DNA from: Eubacteriales bacterium | GTDB taxonomy: Bacteria; Bacillota; Clostridia; Oscillospirales; CAG-272 | Reading direction: 5' to 3' | NCBI GenBank assembly: GCA_045127455.1 | Contig: JBGVQK010000026.1 | Span: 3,066-67,065 of the forward strand | Length of the DNA: 64,000 nt | Part shown: positions 18,058 through 28,600 of the stretch, one piece after another | How positions within the stretch are numbered: the stretch's first letter is position 1 | How the letters are laid out: every line of letters starts with the position of its first letter | Program-made: the position numbers and the translations under genes | Notes under the pieces: generated by a model | Database searches by the model: none | Told to the model about the DNA's origin: nothing | Seen by the model: only the letters and a program-made list of their open reading frames with translations

Positions 18058-19011
18058 ATGGTTATAACCTATGCTATTATGGCGGTTATCGCTACGATCT
18101 TGTTGCTTGGCTATTGCGGTCTTGTGCGCAAAAAAGAGCCATGGTTGCTCCTTTTGTACGTTTGCGTTACTGTTGTAAACGTAGGCTACTTTTTGCTTTC
18201 TATCTCCAAAACCGTCGAGTTTGCCATTTTTGCAAACGACCTTGTTTATCTTGGCAGCGTTTTTCTTTCCACCGCAATGCTTTTCACCATTGCCAAGCTG
18301 TGCGGCTTTGCGCTCAAAAAGAATGTGATAATCATATCGCTTCTTATTGACGTGGCGATGTTTGCCATTATTGCCACGTCGGGATTTTTGCCGTTGTACT
18401 ACAAAGAGGTCACTTTGGTCTTTGTTGACGGTGCGGCAAAGCTTGAAAAAGTGTACGGTATCCTTCACCCCACATATCTCTTTTATCTGCTTGCTTATTT
18501 TGCAGCAATGGTTGCGTGCATTGTGCAATCCGTACGCAAAAAAATGATAGCATCTCAAAAGTACGCCGTTTTGCTCACTGCCATTGTGTTTGGCAACATT
18601 GCAGTGTGGTTGGTTGAAAAATTCATCCCTTGGAATTTTGAATTTCTTTCAGTCTCCTATCTGTTCAGCGAAATTGTTTTGCTTGGACTTTATTGGATGA
18701 TGCAAGACTACATCCGCGCAGATCTTGTTCCCAAGCCTTCACCTGCAGAGGTTCGTGCCGCGGCAATCGACGTTGCCACAATGCCAATGGAAGAAAAGAT
18801 ATTAAAGGTGCTCTCCTTCCTCAAGCCCGGCGAAATGCTGACGGCAAGAGAGCGAGAAATACTCGAATTGGTCCTGCAAAACAAAAAGAGAAAAGAGATC
18901 GCCGAGGCACTTTGCCTCTCGGAAAACACCATTAAGACCTACACCCGAACGCTATACGGCAAGGTTGGTGTCGGCTCACGCGAGGAGCTTTACGCATTAC
19001 TCATTAAATAA
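18058..19011 (+). CDS. membrane-tethered LuxR/FixJ-family transcription regulator (7 TM helices plus a C-terminal HTH)
   Basis: There are seven hydrophobic helices in residues 1-225. The C-terminal LTAREREILELVLQNKKRKEIAEALCLSENTIKTYTRTLYGKVGVGSREEL is a GerE/LuxR-type HTH. No receiver or kinase motif is present. Confidence 0.8.
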   Translation: MVITYAIMAVIATILLLGYCGLVRKKEPWLLLLYVCVTVVNVGYFLLSISKTVEFAIFANDLVYLGSVFLSTAMLFTIAKLCGFALKKNVIIISLLIDVAMFAIIATSGFLPLYYKEVTLVFVDGAAKLEKVYGILHPTYLFYLLAYFAAMVACIVQSVRKKMIASQKYAVLLTAIVFGNIAVWLVEKFIPWNFEFLSVSYLFSEIVLLGLYWMMQDYIRADLVPKPSPAEVRAAAIDVATMPMEEKILKVLSFLKPGEMLTAREREILELVLQNKKRKEIAEALCLSENTIKTYTRTLYGKVGVGSREELYALLIK

Positions 19012-19017
19012 ACGTCC

Positions 19018-19060
19018 AAAAGGGCGGCAGAGCAATCTGCCGCCCTTTTTGCGTTTTTTG
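19018..19060 (+). terminator. intrinsic terminator after the regulator gene
   Basis: aaagggcggcag-agcaat-ctgccgcccttt followed by a T-run. Confidence 0.85.
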
Positions 19061-19065
19061 AGGCA

Positions 19066-19116
19066 TTTTCACCCTTTTTTCACCCCTTTTTCCATTATTT
19101 TCACCCCAAAGGGGTG
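19066..19116 (+). promoter_or_regulatory. operator-like array: three TTTTCACCC(C) direct repeats, the last forming the palindrome CACCCC-AAA-GGGGTG
   Basis: The repeats start at 19066, 19077 and 19098, a spacing of 11 and 21 nt. A perfect 15-bp palindrome occupies 19102-19116. Confidence 0.55.
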
Positions 19117-19137
19117 TACCAAAGGCGTTTTTATCTA

Positions 19138-19146
19138 TGATAAAAT
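19138..19146 (+). promoter_or_regulatory. extended -10 element (TGaTAAAAT) with no good -35
   Basis: The hexamer 17 nt upstream is ACCAAA, a 2/6 match to TTGACA. This suggests an activator-dependent promoter for the 19201-28909 operon. Confidence 0.45.
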
Positions 19147-19200
19147 GTACGTGTGATAGAATCGACAACTATCAAAAAAAAGAAAATGGAGGTGGTGAAT

Positions 19201-19641
19201 ATGACCCGCAAGCGAATTCTGTTTGACGAATTTGAGTTTCCACGGGTGAGCGGACTTGAATATCTGCTTGACGAAGGAAAGAGCGTTACAAATTACCTGT
19301 TTGTAAGCGACCGTCACGACGGCTTTTCGATGTACTTTGAAAACGGCTTCCCAATATTCAAGGTGCCCGAAAGCGGGGAACGCTCTTACTGCTTGTTCGA
19401 AATGAAGCGCCCTGATCGGATCATCAAATTCTTCTGCCCCGAAAAACACAAAAATTTAAGCCACGTTGTGTGGTACTTCTACGTAGAGCTCTTTGACGAG
19501 CGGGGAGTGGTACACAAGCTACCGGGGCAGGTAAGGGTGCGACGAAGGGAACCTCTTTTGCGTACTCTCGGAACTGAAAAACCGAAATTCCTCGAAATAC
19601 TTGAGCAGGTAACCCTAAACAAGCTACCCGTTGCAACTTGA
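19201..19641 (+). CDS. small soluble protein of unknown function, coupled to the giant surface-protein gene
   Basis: 146 aa from the ATG behind a GGAGGTGG RBS. It has no signal peptide and no recognised motif. Its stop lies 31 nt before the next start. Confidence 0.55.
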   Translation: MTRKRILFDEFEFPRVSGLEYLLDEGKSVTNYLFVSDRHDGFSMYFENGFPIFKVPESGERSYCLFEMKRPDRIIKFFCPEKHKNLSHVVWYFYVELFDERGVVHKLPGQVRVRRREPLLRTLGTEKPKFLEILEQVTLNKLPVAT

Positions 19642-19672
19642 CGTCTTTTTGAGAACGAAAGGAGAATTCAAA

Positions 19673-22600
19673 ATGAAAAAAACAAGAAGATTTTTGCAAA
19701 TCATCTCCGTCATGCTGCTTTGCATGGCAATGATCGCAGGTGTTATGACGATTTCCGCTTCGGCAGATAGCGTTGTCACCTCGGTTGTAGTCAACGGAGA
19801 GACCTTGAACGAAGAAAAGCCATACTTGATCAATAAGGATGGCGTGTACGTTGCCGATGATGGCGAGCTGCTTGCTTCCTATTCTTGGGTAGCGCAGTTT
19901 AATGCCGCCGAGGGCGTGCTCGTGCTCAACAATTATAACGGTGGCGCGATTTCCACCACCGCCACGGGCGATCTCACCATCAAGCTGATGGGCGAGAACA
20001 CCATTAAGCATGATGCCATTGGTATTCAAATGGCGCAAGGCGGAAATTTGACCATTACCGCCGATGCGGCGGCAACGCTGGATATTCAAAGCATCCCCTC
20101 TACGTCTCATGCCGATGAGGCGGACCACTATGTGGGAATTGACAACAACTTTGAAAACGGCTATGCGACAACTGAAAAATCAGGCGATAGTGTTACCATT
20201 CAGGGATATGCCGCCGTTTCGATCAGCTCTACCAAAACCTATAAAAGTGGTAGTGTCAACGGCATTGGCGCATACGGAAGCGTTATGGTTTTGGGAAATG
20301 CAAGCTTGAATATTACCGAAACCAACGCCTACACCAGTCTCGCAAGGGGCATTTATTCCCTTGGGGGCGCAATTGTTATCAACACCACGGGCGACGTAAA
20401 TATTGCGGTTTGCGGTGAGGCGAGCTATAACGTTGGCGAAAACGTGTTCCGTGCCGCAAGTGGAGCCGTTCTTGGTAGAGTGGGTAAGATGACTCTCGAT
20501 TGGACTTACCCCGAGTTTTATGAAGAATCCGAGGTTGAACTTGATGCCGAGCTGAGCAGTTATGTGATCGGCACGATCCCCGAGGATGACACCAGCGCGA
20601 CTTATGGGTACAAATTCCCGATCACCGTTACAGGCGGTGTTGCAAAAATGGGGGATGATGTTGTTGAAGTTGCCGCAAAGGGTGAAACTGTCACCGTAGT
20701 GGCAGATGAACCCGAAGCAGGTCAGGGCTTCTACCAATGGAGCATCCTCAATGAGGCAGCAATTACCTTTGTCGACGAAAAAGCGGCAACCACAACCTTT
20801 GAAATGATTGCCGGTAGCGTTGAGCTGGAAGCGCTCTTTACACCTGCTTATACGATTACCGCCAACAATGCTACCGCAAGTGCAGGCAGTGCGGTATCGG
20901 GCAGTGTTGTTACCGTTACTGCAGATGCTCCCCAAAAGGGCTATCAGTTTGCGGGCTGGACGGTTCAATCCGGTGGAGTCGTGCTCTCCGACCCTGCAAG
21001 CTCTACAACCTCTTTTGTGGTGGGAGATGCCGCTGTTGAGATTACCGCAACCTACATGGCAACTCCATATTTCATTACCGTCAATGGCGGTGAGGCAAGC
21101 ATAGATGATGCACCTGTTAGCGAAGCGAGCATTGCAGATACCGTTACGCTTGTAGCTGATACTCCCCCCGCAGGGAAGGCGTTTAAAGAGTGGGTGATCG
21201 TATCGGGTGAGGGAACTATTACCGATCCTACGGCAACTACCACAACGCTTACAGGCGTTTTTGGCGATATTGAGATCGAAGCAACCTACGAGGATGCTAT
21301 CTATACAATTACCGTTACCGATGGCACAGCAAACGTTGAGGGCGCAAAGATGGGCGCTGAGATCACCATTACCGCGGCTGAAGCGGCAAAGGGTTATCAG
21401 TTTGCAGGATGGACGGTCGTATCGGGCGGCGTTACGCTTGCAAACCCTGCAAACGCAACCACAACCTTTACGGTTGTCAGTGCAAACGTAGAGGTCAAAG
21501 CAAACTATGCCCCCATCGAATACACGATCGAGGTTACCAACGGTCAAGCAAAGATCGATGATACCCCCGTTACCAAAGCAACTATCATCGATACCGTTAC
21601 TCTTGTGGCAAACACTCCTGCCGCAGGCAAGGTATTTAAGGAGTGGGTCATTGTATCGGGTGAGGGAACTCTTGCCAATGCAACAGATGCTACAACAACC
21701 TTGACAGGTCTATTTGGCAATCTTATGGTTCAGGCAACCTACGAGGATGCCACCTACACCATTACCGTAACAGGCGGTACGGCAAGTGCCCAGACTGCAA
21801 AAATGGGTGACGAGATCACCATCACCGCAGAGGCGATCGCGGGCAAGACCTTTACGTCTTGGACACTTTCCAGCGGCGGTGTAACGCTCGATAGCGCAAC
21901 CTCTGCTACCACCACCTTTGTAGTTGGCACCGAGAACGTTGAACTTGTTGCAAACTACACCTTTACCGATTACAGCGTTTCCATTAAGGATGGAAAGGGA
22001 ACTGTCAACTATATTGATAACGGAATTACCGATGCAAATATCGGGGATTCGATCTATATCGTTGCAGACGATCCCGCATCCGGCTACGCGTTCATTCGTT
22101 GGGACGTGCTCTCCGGTGAGATCGAATTGGAGGATCCCACCTCATACTACACCATCTTCACGATGACCGCAGGCAACGTAGAGCTTGAGGCTGTATATGC
22201 CGAGATCGTGGTATTGGATAAATTGGAATTTACGGTCACGCCTCCTGCAGTAGGCGCACATCCCACGTTTGAGCTCGTTTCCAAGGATCCTGCAAAATAC
22301 GGAAGTGAGTACGTTAGCATTTCTTTGAACGATTCTCCTTATACAGAGCTTGGCGCTGAGGATACGTATATGCTTGGTCACTCGTATCGCCTGCAATTCC
22401 AACTCGTTCTTGCAAACGGTTATGAGATCGATGGAAACACAAAGGTATACGTCAACGGAGAAGAGACGAGCAGAAGTCTCCCGTTGTGGTTCTACTACTT
22501 TGAATTTCCCGTTTCGATCACCGTGATCAACGGTAAGGCGTATGAAGATAGCGCCCGTACCGTAGAGATCACCGAGGGCTTGAGCCAATACGTTTATCTC

Positions 22601-25600
22601 AAGGCAGACGAGGTTCCCGAAGGAAAGGTCTTTTTGGGATGGATCGTAAAATCCGGTGACGTAACGATCTATTCGCCGAACTACAAGGACTCCGCGTACT
22701 TCTATTTGAAAAATGAACCCGTAACTGTTGAAGCAGTGATTGTAGATGTACTCGAGGAAGTTGTTCTTACTGTAACAACTCCCAAGCCCGGCGATCTTGC
22801 AACCATTGAGATCACCTCTGCCGATCCCTCCAAATACACGGCGGAGCTGATTGATTTTTACATTAACAAGTCCCCCTACACACACTTGAATCCCACCGAT
22901 CCCTTTGAGTATGGCAGATCTTACACTATGCAGTTCGAGATCATTGCCGCCGAAGGCTATGCCGTTGCAGAAGGTACCGTTGTTACCGTAAACGGTGATG
23001 AGACCTACGGCTATGGCGGAGATATTACGGGATATGAAAAGCAAAGATGGAGCTTTGAGCTTCCCGTTTCCATTACCGTTATAAACGGCAAGGCGTATAC
23101 CTCAAGCGAATACACCGAAGAGATCGTTGAATTTTACAGTCCCGGAAGCCTCTTCATCAAAGCAGACGAAGCACCCGAGGGTAAAGAATTTTTGATGTGG
23201 AAGATCACCATGGACGGTGACATTACCTATAACCATTACAACCCAACAAACATTTGGGTAGGTAGTGCCTCGGTTGTCGTTTGTGAGGCGATCTACGCCA
23301 TTCCGATCAACACGATCGAGTTGACGATGCCCAAAATAACGGTTGGTAGCACGCCCATCACCACCGTTACCACCGAAAGCGATCTTTACACGGTAGAGGT
23401 TGAAGCGTGGTACAACGTCGGGGATACGCGCGTCCAAATGCTGCCCACCGATACTTACGTAGCAGATGCATTCTATGAGTGCAGATTCATCATTACTCCT
23501 AAGGATGGGTACTGTGTAGGCAATCACGCCAAGATCAGCGTAAACGGCAAGACGGGAAACACCGGCGGTTACCATGTTGGAACCGCAATAATCGGTGCTT
23601 ACGTGCAGCTGTATGATCTGATCCCTGTTGGTATTGAGGTCACAGGCGGCAAGCTCTATCTTGACGGCGTAGAGACCAACGAGACCGAGTTCCTCCCCGG
23701 TACCACCCTGACGTTGGTTGCAGATAAGAGCCTTTATCCCGAAGGTGAAACCTTTACAAGGTGGTATTTCCCGTCGTACTCTTCTACTTTGATCAAATAT
23801 ACCGACGAAAGAGCCGAAAGCTTTACCTTTACCATTTGCGAACCGCCTGCCAGAGACCGCATGGTTACTATGGAAGCACAGTATGCGGCACTCACCTCTG
23901 TTTATTACCTCGACACCTACGTACCGCACCCCGTTGTTGGCGGAACCCCATCCTATGATGCAGGTGTTAACAAATGGCAGAACTACTTTGCTGAGGTGCT
24001 TGCTTGGTATGAGGGCGAAACTCTTTTGGAGACAGATCACGTATTTGAGGCAGGCAAGACCTACACCGTAAAAATTCGTCTCGAGCCCGCCCCCGGCTAT
24101 TACTTCCCGCCGTTGGATTTCGAGTATCTGCGTGCCGATAACACCTTTAGCGGCAACAGTGCGGACGGAATTTTCCTTGAGCGTGGCGAAAATGGCGAAT
24201 ACATCATCTTTGAATCCTCCATTACGGCAAAACAATTCCAAGAGAATATATCCGTAACCGTTACAACACCCGTTGCAGGTATGCTTCCCAGCGACGTTGT
24301 AGAAAAGGACGGCGACGTCAATTGCGACGTAGAGTTTGGCGGTTGGCTATACTGGGACGAAGAAAAGGGAATGTACGTTGCATTGGCAGAGGGCGAACGC
24401 TTTGAGGTTGGCAAGACCTACCGCGTTGACGTCGAGTTCGCATCCAACGATACCTACTTTATTGATTACAACAATATCACAGCTCTTATCAACGGCAAAA
24501 AACCCGTCCGCTTTAGCAGCGGAAACAAGGATGGCGGACTTTGCACTGTTGGATACTATTTGGAGTTTGCCGTAGAGGCAGATGGTTCAACCTTTGACCT
24601 CGAAGTAGAAAACGGCAGCGCAACCGTTGACGAAGCCCCCGTTACCGAGGTCGGCGGCGGTATCGTAGTCACCATCACCGCAGACGCTCCCGAGGACGGC
24701 AAGGCGTTCAAGGGTTGGGTCGTTGTCAGCGGCGAAAGTGTTGTATTCGTCGATGCAACTGCATCCACTACCACCTTTGTAATGCCCGCAGGCAACGTTA
24801 GAATTCAAGCGGTTTACCGCAATATTCCTTATACCATTACCGTAGTGGACGGTGAAGCAGACCTGAGTGAGGCAGGCAGCGGTGAAACGGTTACCGTTAC
24901 GGCAGGCGAGGCTCCCGACGGCAAGTATTTTGCAGGCTGGGAATGCACCGCAGGCGGCGTAACCTTTACAGATGAAACTGCAAAGACTACCACGTTTGTT
25001 ATGACAGGTGAAGCTGTTACCGTCAAGGCGGTTTATGCCGACAAGATCGTTTTGGAAGAAATGGAATTCACCATTCCCGCTCCCGCATACGGAGAGAATC
25101 CTTCCTACGTGATCACCTCCAAGGATCCCGAAAAGTATACGGCAACGGTTGCATATTGGTATCGCAATTCTGACAGCGAAGATCTGACTCCCGAAAGCAC
25201 ATTTGCATACGGAGAGGGATATACCATTCGCTTTACCATTGCAGCATCCGAAAAATACACGTTTAACTATAACACCACCATCCTTCTCAATGGTGAGGAA
25301 TGTGGTTCCTATGGTTTAACAGGTCGTCAATACACGCTGTTCCAAATTCCCGTTCCCATTACAATTGAGGGTGGCACGGCATTTGATACAAGCAGCAATC
25401 CGATTGACGCACAAGTCAACGGCTTCTACGTAAAGCTCAAAGTGGGCGAGATCCCCGCAGGCAAGAGCTTCTCGCATTGGGAGGTTGTCAGCGGCAACGT
25501 TACTCTGTATTCGCCTACCTCTCTCGATGGTGCATACTTCTACATTGGCAAAGAGCCAGTTGAAATTCGTGCGATCTATCACACGCATACCTACGATGAT

Positions 25601-28600
25601 ACCTATAAATCCAATGCTACACACCATTGGCATGAATGCACCGATCCCGCTTGCACCGACAAAGAGGGCAGCATCAAGGATAAGGTAGAGCACACATGGG
25701 ATAACACCTGTGACACCGCATGTAACGATTGCGGACATACTCGCGATATCACACATACCTATAGCGATTATATTCCTCAAAAGGATGCAAACTGTATCGA
25801 AACGGGTATGAAGGCGCATTACGAGTGCTCGGTATGCCATGCACTCTTTGACACAAGCTTCAACGCTACCACCGAGCAAGCGTTGACCATTGCTATCAAC
25901 GATTCTCACAGCTTTGGCGATTGGGCATCCAATGGCGACGGCACGCACACAAGAGTTTGCTCGCGCAACAACGAGCACACCGAAACCGACGATTGCGAGG
26001 GCGGTACCGCAACTTGTGTTGCAAAAGCAATTTGTTCCACTTGCGAAGCTGCTTACGGCAACCTTGGCGCACACAGCTATGGCGTCAAGATCGAGGAGGT
26101 TCCCACCACCCACACCAAGGATACTCTTACACAGGGTGTTAAGGCACACTTCCAATGCGGCCTTTGCGCAAAGTATTTCGACGAGGGCAAAAACCCCGTT
26201 GATTACGAAGATCTTATTATCCCCGCGCCCACTCACGTCTACGGTGAATGGATCAAGGATAACGACAACCACTGGAAGACTTGCGAATGCGGCAAGAAGG
26301 ATCAGCTTGGCGAGCACGTTTACGACGATGAAGCCGATATGATCTGTAACACTTGTAGCTACGATCGCACCGCTCCGCACACCCATGGTGATGGCGAAAA
26401 GGTAAACGGTCAGGCAGCAACCTGCACCACCGACGGTTGGAAAGACTACTATCAATGCTCCTGCGGTCACATTTATACCGATAAGGATTGCACAAACGAA
26501 ATTACCAGCCTTGTTGACTGGAAGGCAGGCGAGGGCAAGATCGCGGCAGCACATACGCTGGGCGACCCCATCGCGGCAGTAGAGGCTAACTGTACCGAAA
26601 AGGGTATGCAGCAGCACCGCAAGTGCTCTGTTTGCGGCACTCTGTTCGATATGGACGGCAACGTAAGAAGCGCCGAGGAGCTTTCCATTGCAACCAACGG
26701 CAAACACGCTTACGGTGCTTGGGCATCCAACGGCGATGGCACGCACACAAGAATCTGCTCGCACAACAACGAGCACAAGGAGACCGTTGCTTGCGCAGGC
26801 GGCACCGCTACCTGCACCGAAGCGGCAGTTTGCTCCACTTGTAACACCGCTTATGGCGAGGCCAACGGACACGATTATAGCGAAGCAACCTGTACCAAGA
26901 AGGCGACCTGCTCGGTTTGTGGCGACGAAACGGGCGAGCTGAAGCCTCACGATTACAGCGAAGCGACCTGCACAAAGAAAGCTACCTGCTCGGTTTGCGG
27001 TGGCGAAACGGGCGACCTCAAGCCTCACGATTATAGCGAAGCAACCTGCACAAAGAAGGCTACCTGCTCCGTATGTGGCGCAGAAACAGGCGAATTGAAG
27101 CCTCACGATTACAGCGAAGCAACCTGTGCAAAGAAAGCAACCTGCTCGGTATGCGGTGCCGAAACCGGTGATTTTGCCGCACACAACTACGGCGATAAGA
27201 TCGAGGCAGTTCCCGCAACGCACACCAAGGATGAATTGCTGGCAGGTATGCAAGCGCACTACCATTGCGCAGTTTGCGACAAATACTTTGATGCAAATAA
27301 AAATCCCGTAGAGCAAGCAGCTCTAATCATTCCCGCACCCACGCACGTATGGGGCACTTGGGTCAAGAATGACAGCACCCACTGGAAGGCTTGCGAATGT
27401 GGCAAAAAGGATCAAGAGGGCGCACACGTTTACGATAACGTAACCGATATGCTCTGTAACACCTGTAACTACGACCGCACCGCTCCGCACACTCACGGAG
27501 ATGGAGAAAAGGTCAACGGTCAAGCAGCTACCTGCACAACCGACGGTTGGAAGGATTACTATCAATGCTCCTGCGGTCACATCTACACCGAAAAGGAATG
27601 CACAAATGAAATTACAAACCTCGTTGCTTGGAAGGCAGGCGAGGGCAGAATCGCAGCAGCACACACACTTGGCGATCTGATTGCCGCAACCGAGCCCAAC
27701 TGCACGGTCGAAGGTAAAAAGGCACACTACGAGTGCTCCGTTTGCTCCACTCTCTTTGACGAGGAAAAGAACGTTAAAACAGAGAGTGAGCTGACCATCC
27801 CCACCAACGGCACACACGCCTTTGGCGCTTGGGCATCCAACGGTGACGGTACGCACACAAGAGTTTGCTCGCATAACAATGCTCACAAGGAAAGTGAAGA
27901 TTGCGCAGGCGGCACCGCTACCTGCACCGAGGCAGCGGTTTGCTCCACCTGTAACACGGCTTACGGCAAGGCTAATGGACACGACTACAGTGAAGCGACC
28001 TGCACCAAGAAAGCTACTTGCTCCGTATGTGGTGACGAGACCGGCGAATTGAAAGCGCACGATTACAGCGAGGCGACTTGCACTAAGAAGGCAACCTGCT
28101 CCGTATGTGGAGATGAAACCGGTGAATTGAAGGCACACGATTACAGTGAAGCAACTTGCACAAAGAAAGCTACTTGCTCTGTATGCGGTGACGAGACCGG
28201 TGAATTGAAGGCACACGATTACAGTGAAGCAACCTGTATCGCAAAGGCAAAATGCTCTGTATGTCAGCAAGAAACCGGTGACTTCGCAGATCACAAGTAT
28301 AGCGAAGCAACCTGCACAGCAAAAGCAAAATGCTCTGTATGTCAACAAGAGACCGGCGATTTCGCAGATCACAAGTATAGCGACGCAACCTGCACGGCAA
28401 AGGCGAAATGCTCCGTATGTCAACAAGAGACCGGTGATCTTGCAGATCACAAGTATAGCGAAGCAACCTGTACGGCAAAGGCAAAATGCTCCGTATGTCA
28501 ACAAGAGACCGGCGATTTCGCAGATCACGTTGACGCAAATGAGGACGGAAAGTGCGACGTTTGCCAGCATCAAATGAGCACAATTCCCGAACAGACAACT

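Noticed and set aside
19153-19200. The longer start (ATG-less MIESTTIKKKKMEVVN extension) of the small protein upstream of the giant gene.
   Set aside because: The strong GGAGGTGG RBS is positioned for the ATG at 19201. The extension overlaps the predicted -10 and transcription start region.
26870-28525. The regular 78-nt repeats could be mistaken for a CRISPR array or a non-coding satellite.
   Set aside because: The repeats are directly abutting with no spacers. They are in frame within a long ORF. Copies differ mainly at synonymous positions, so they are coding repeats.
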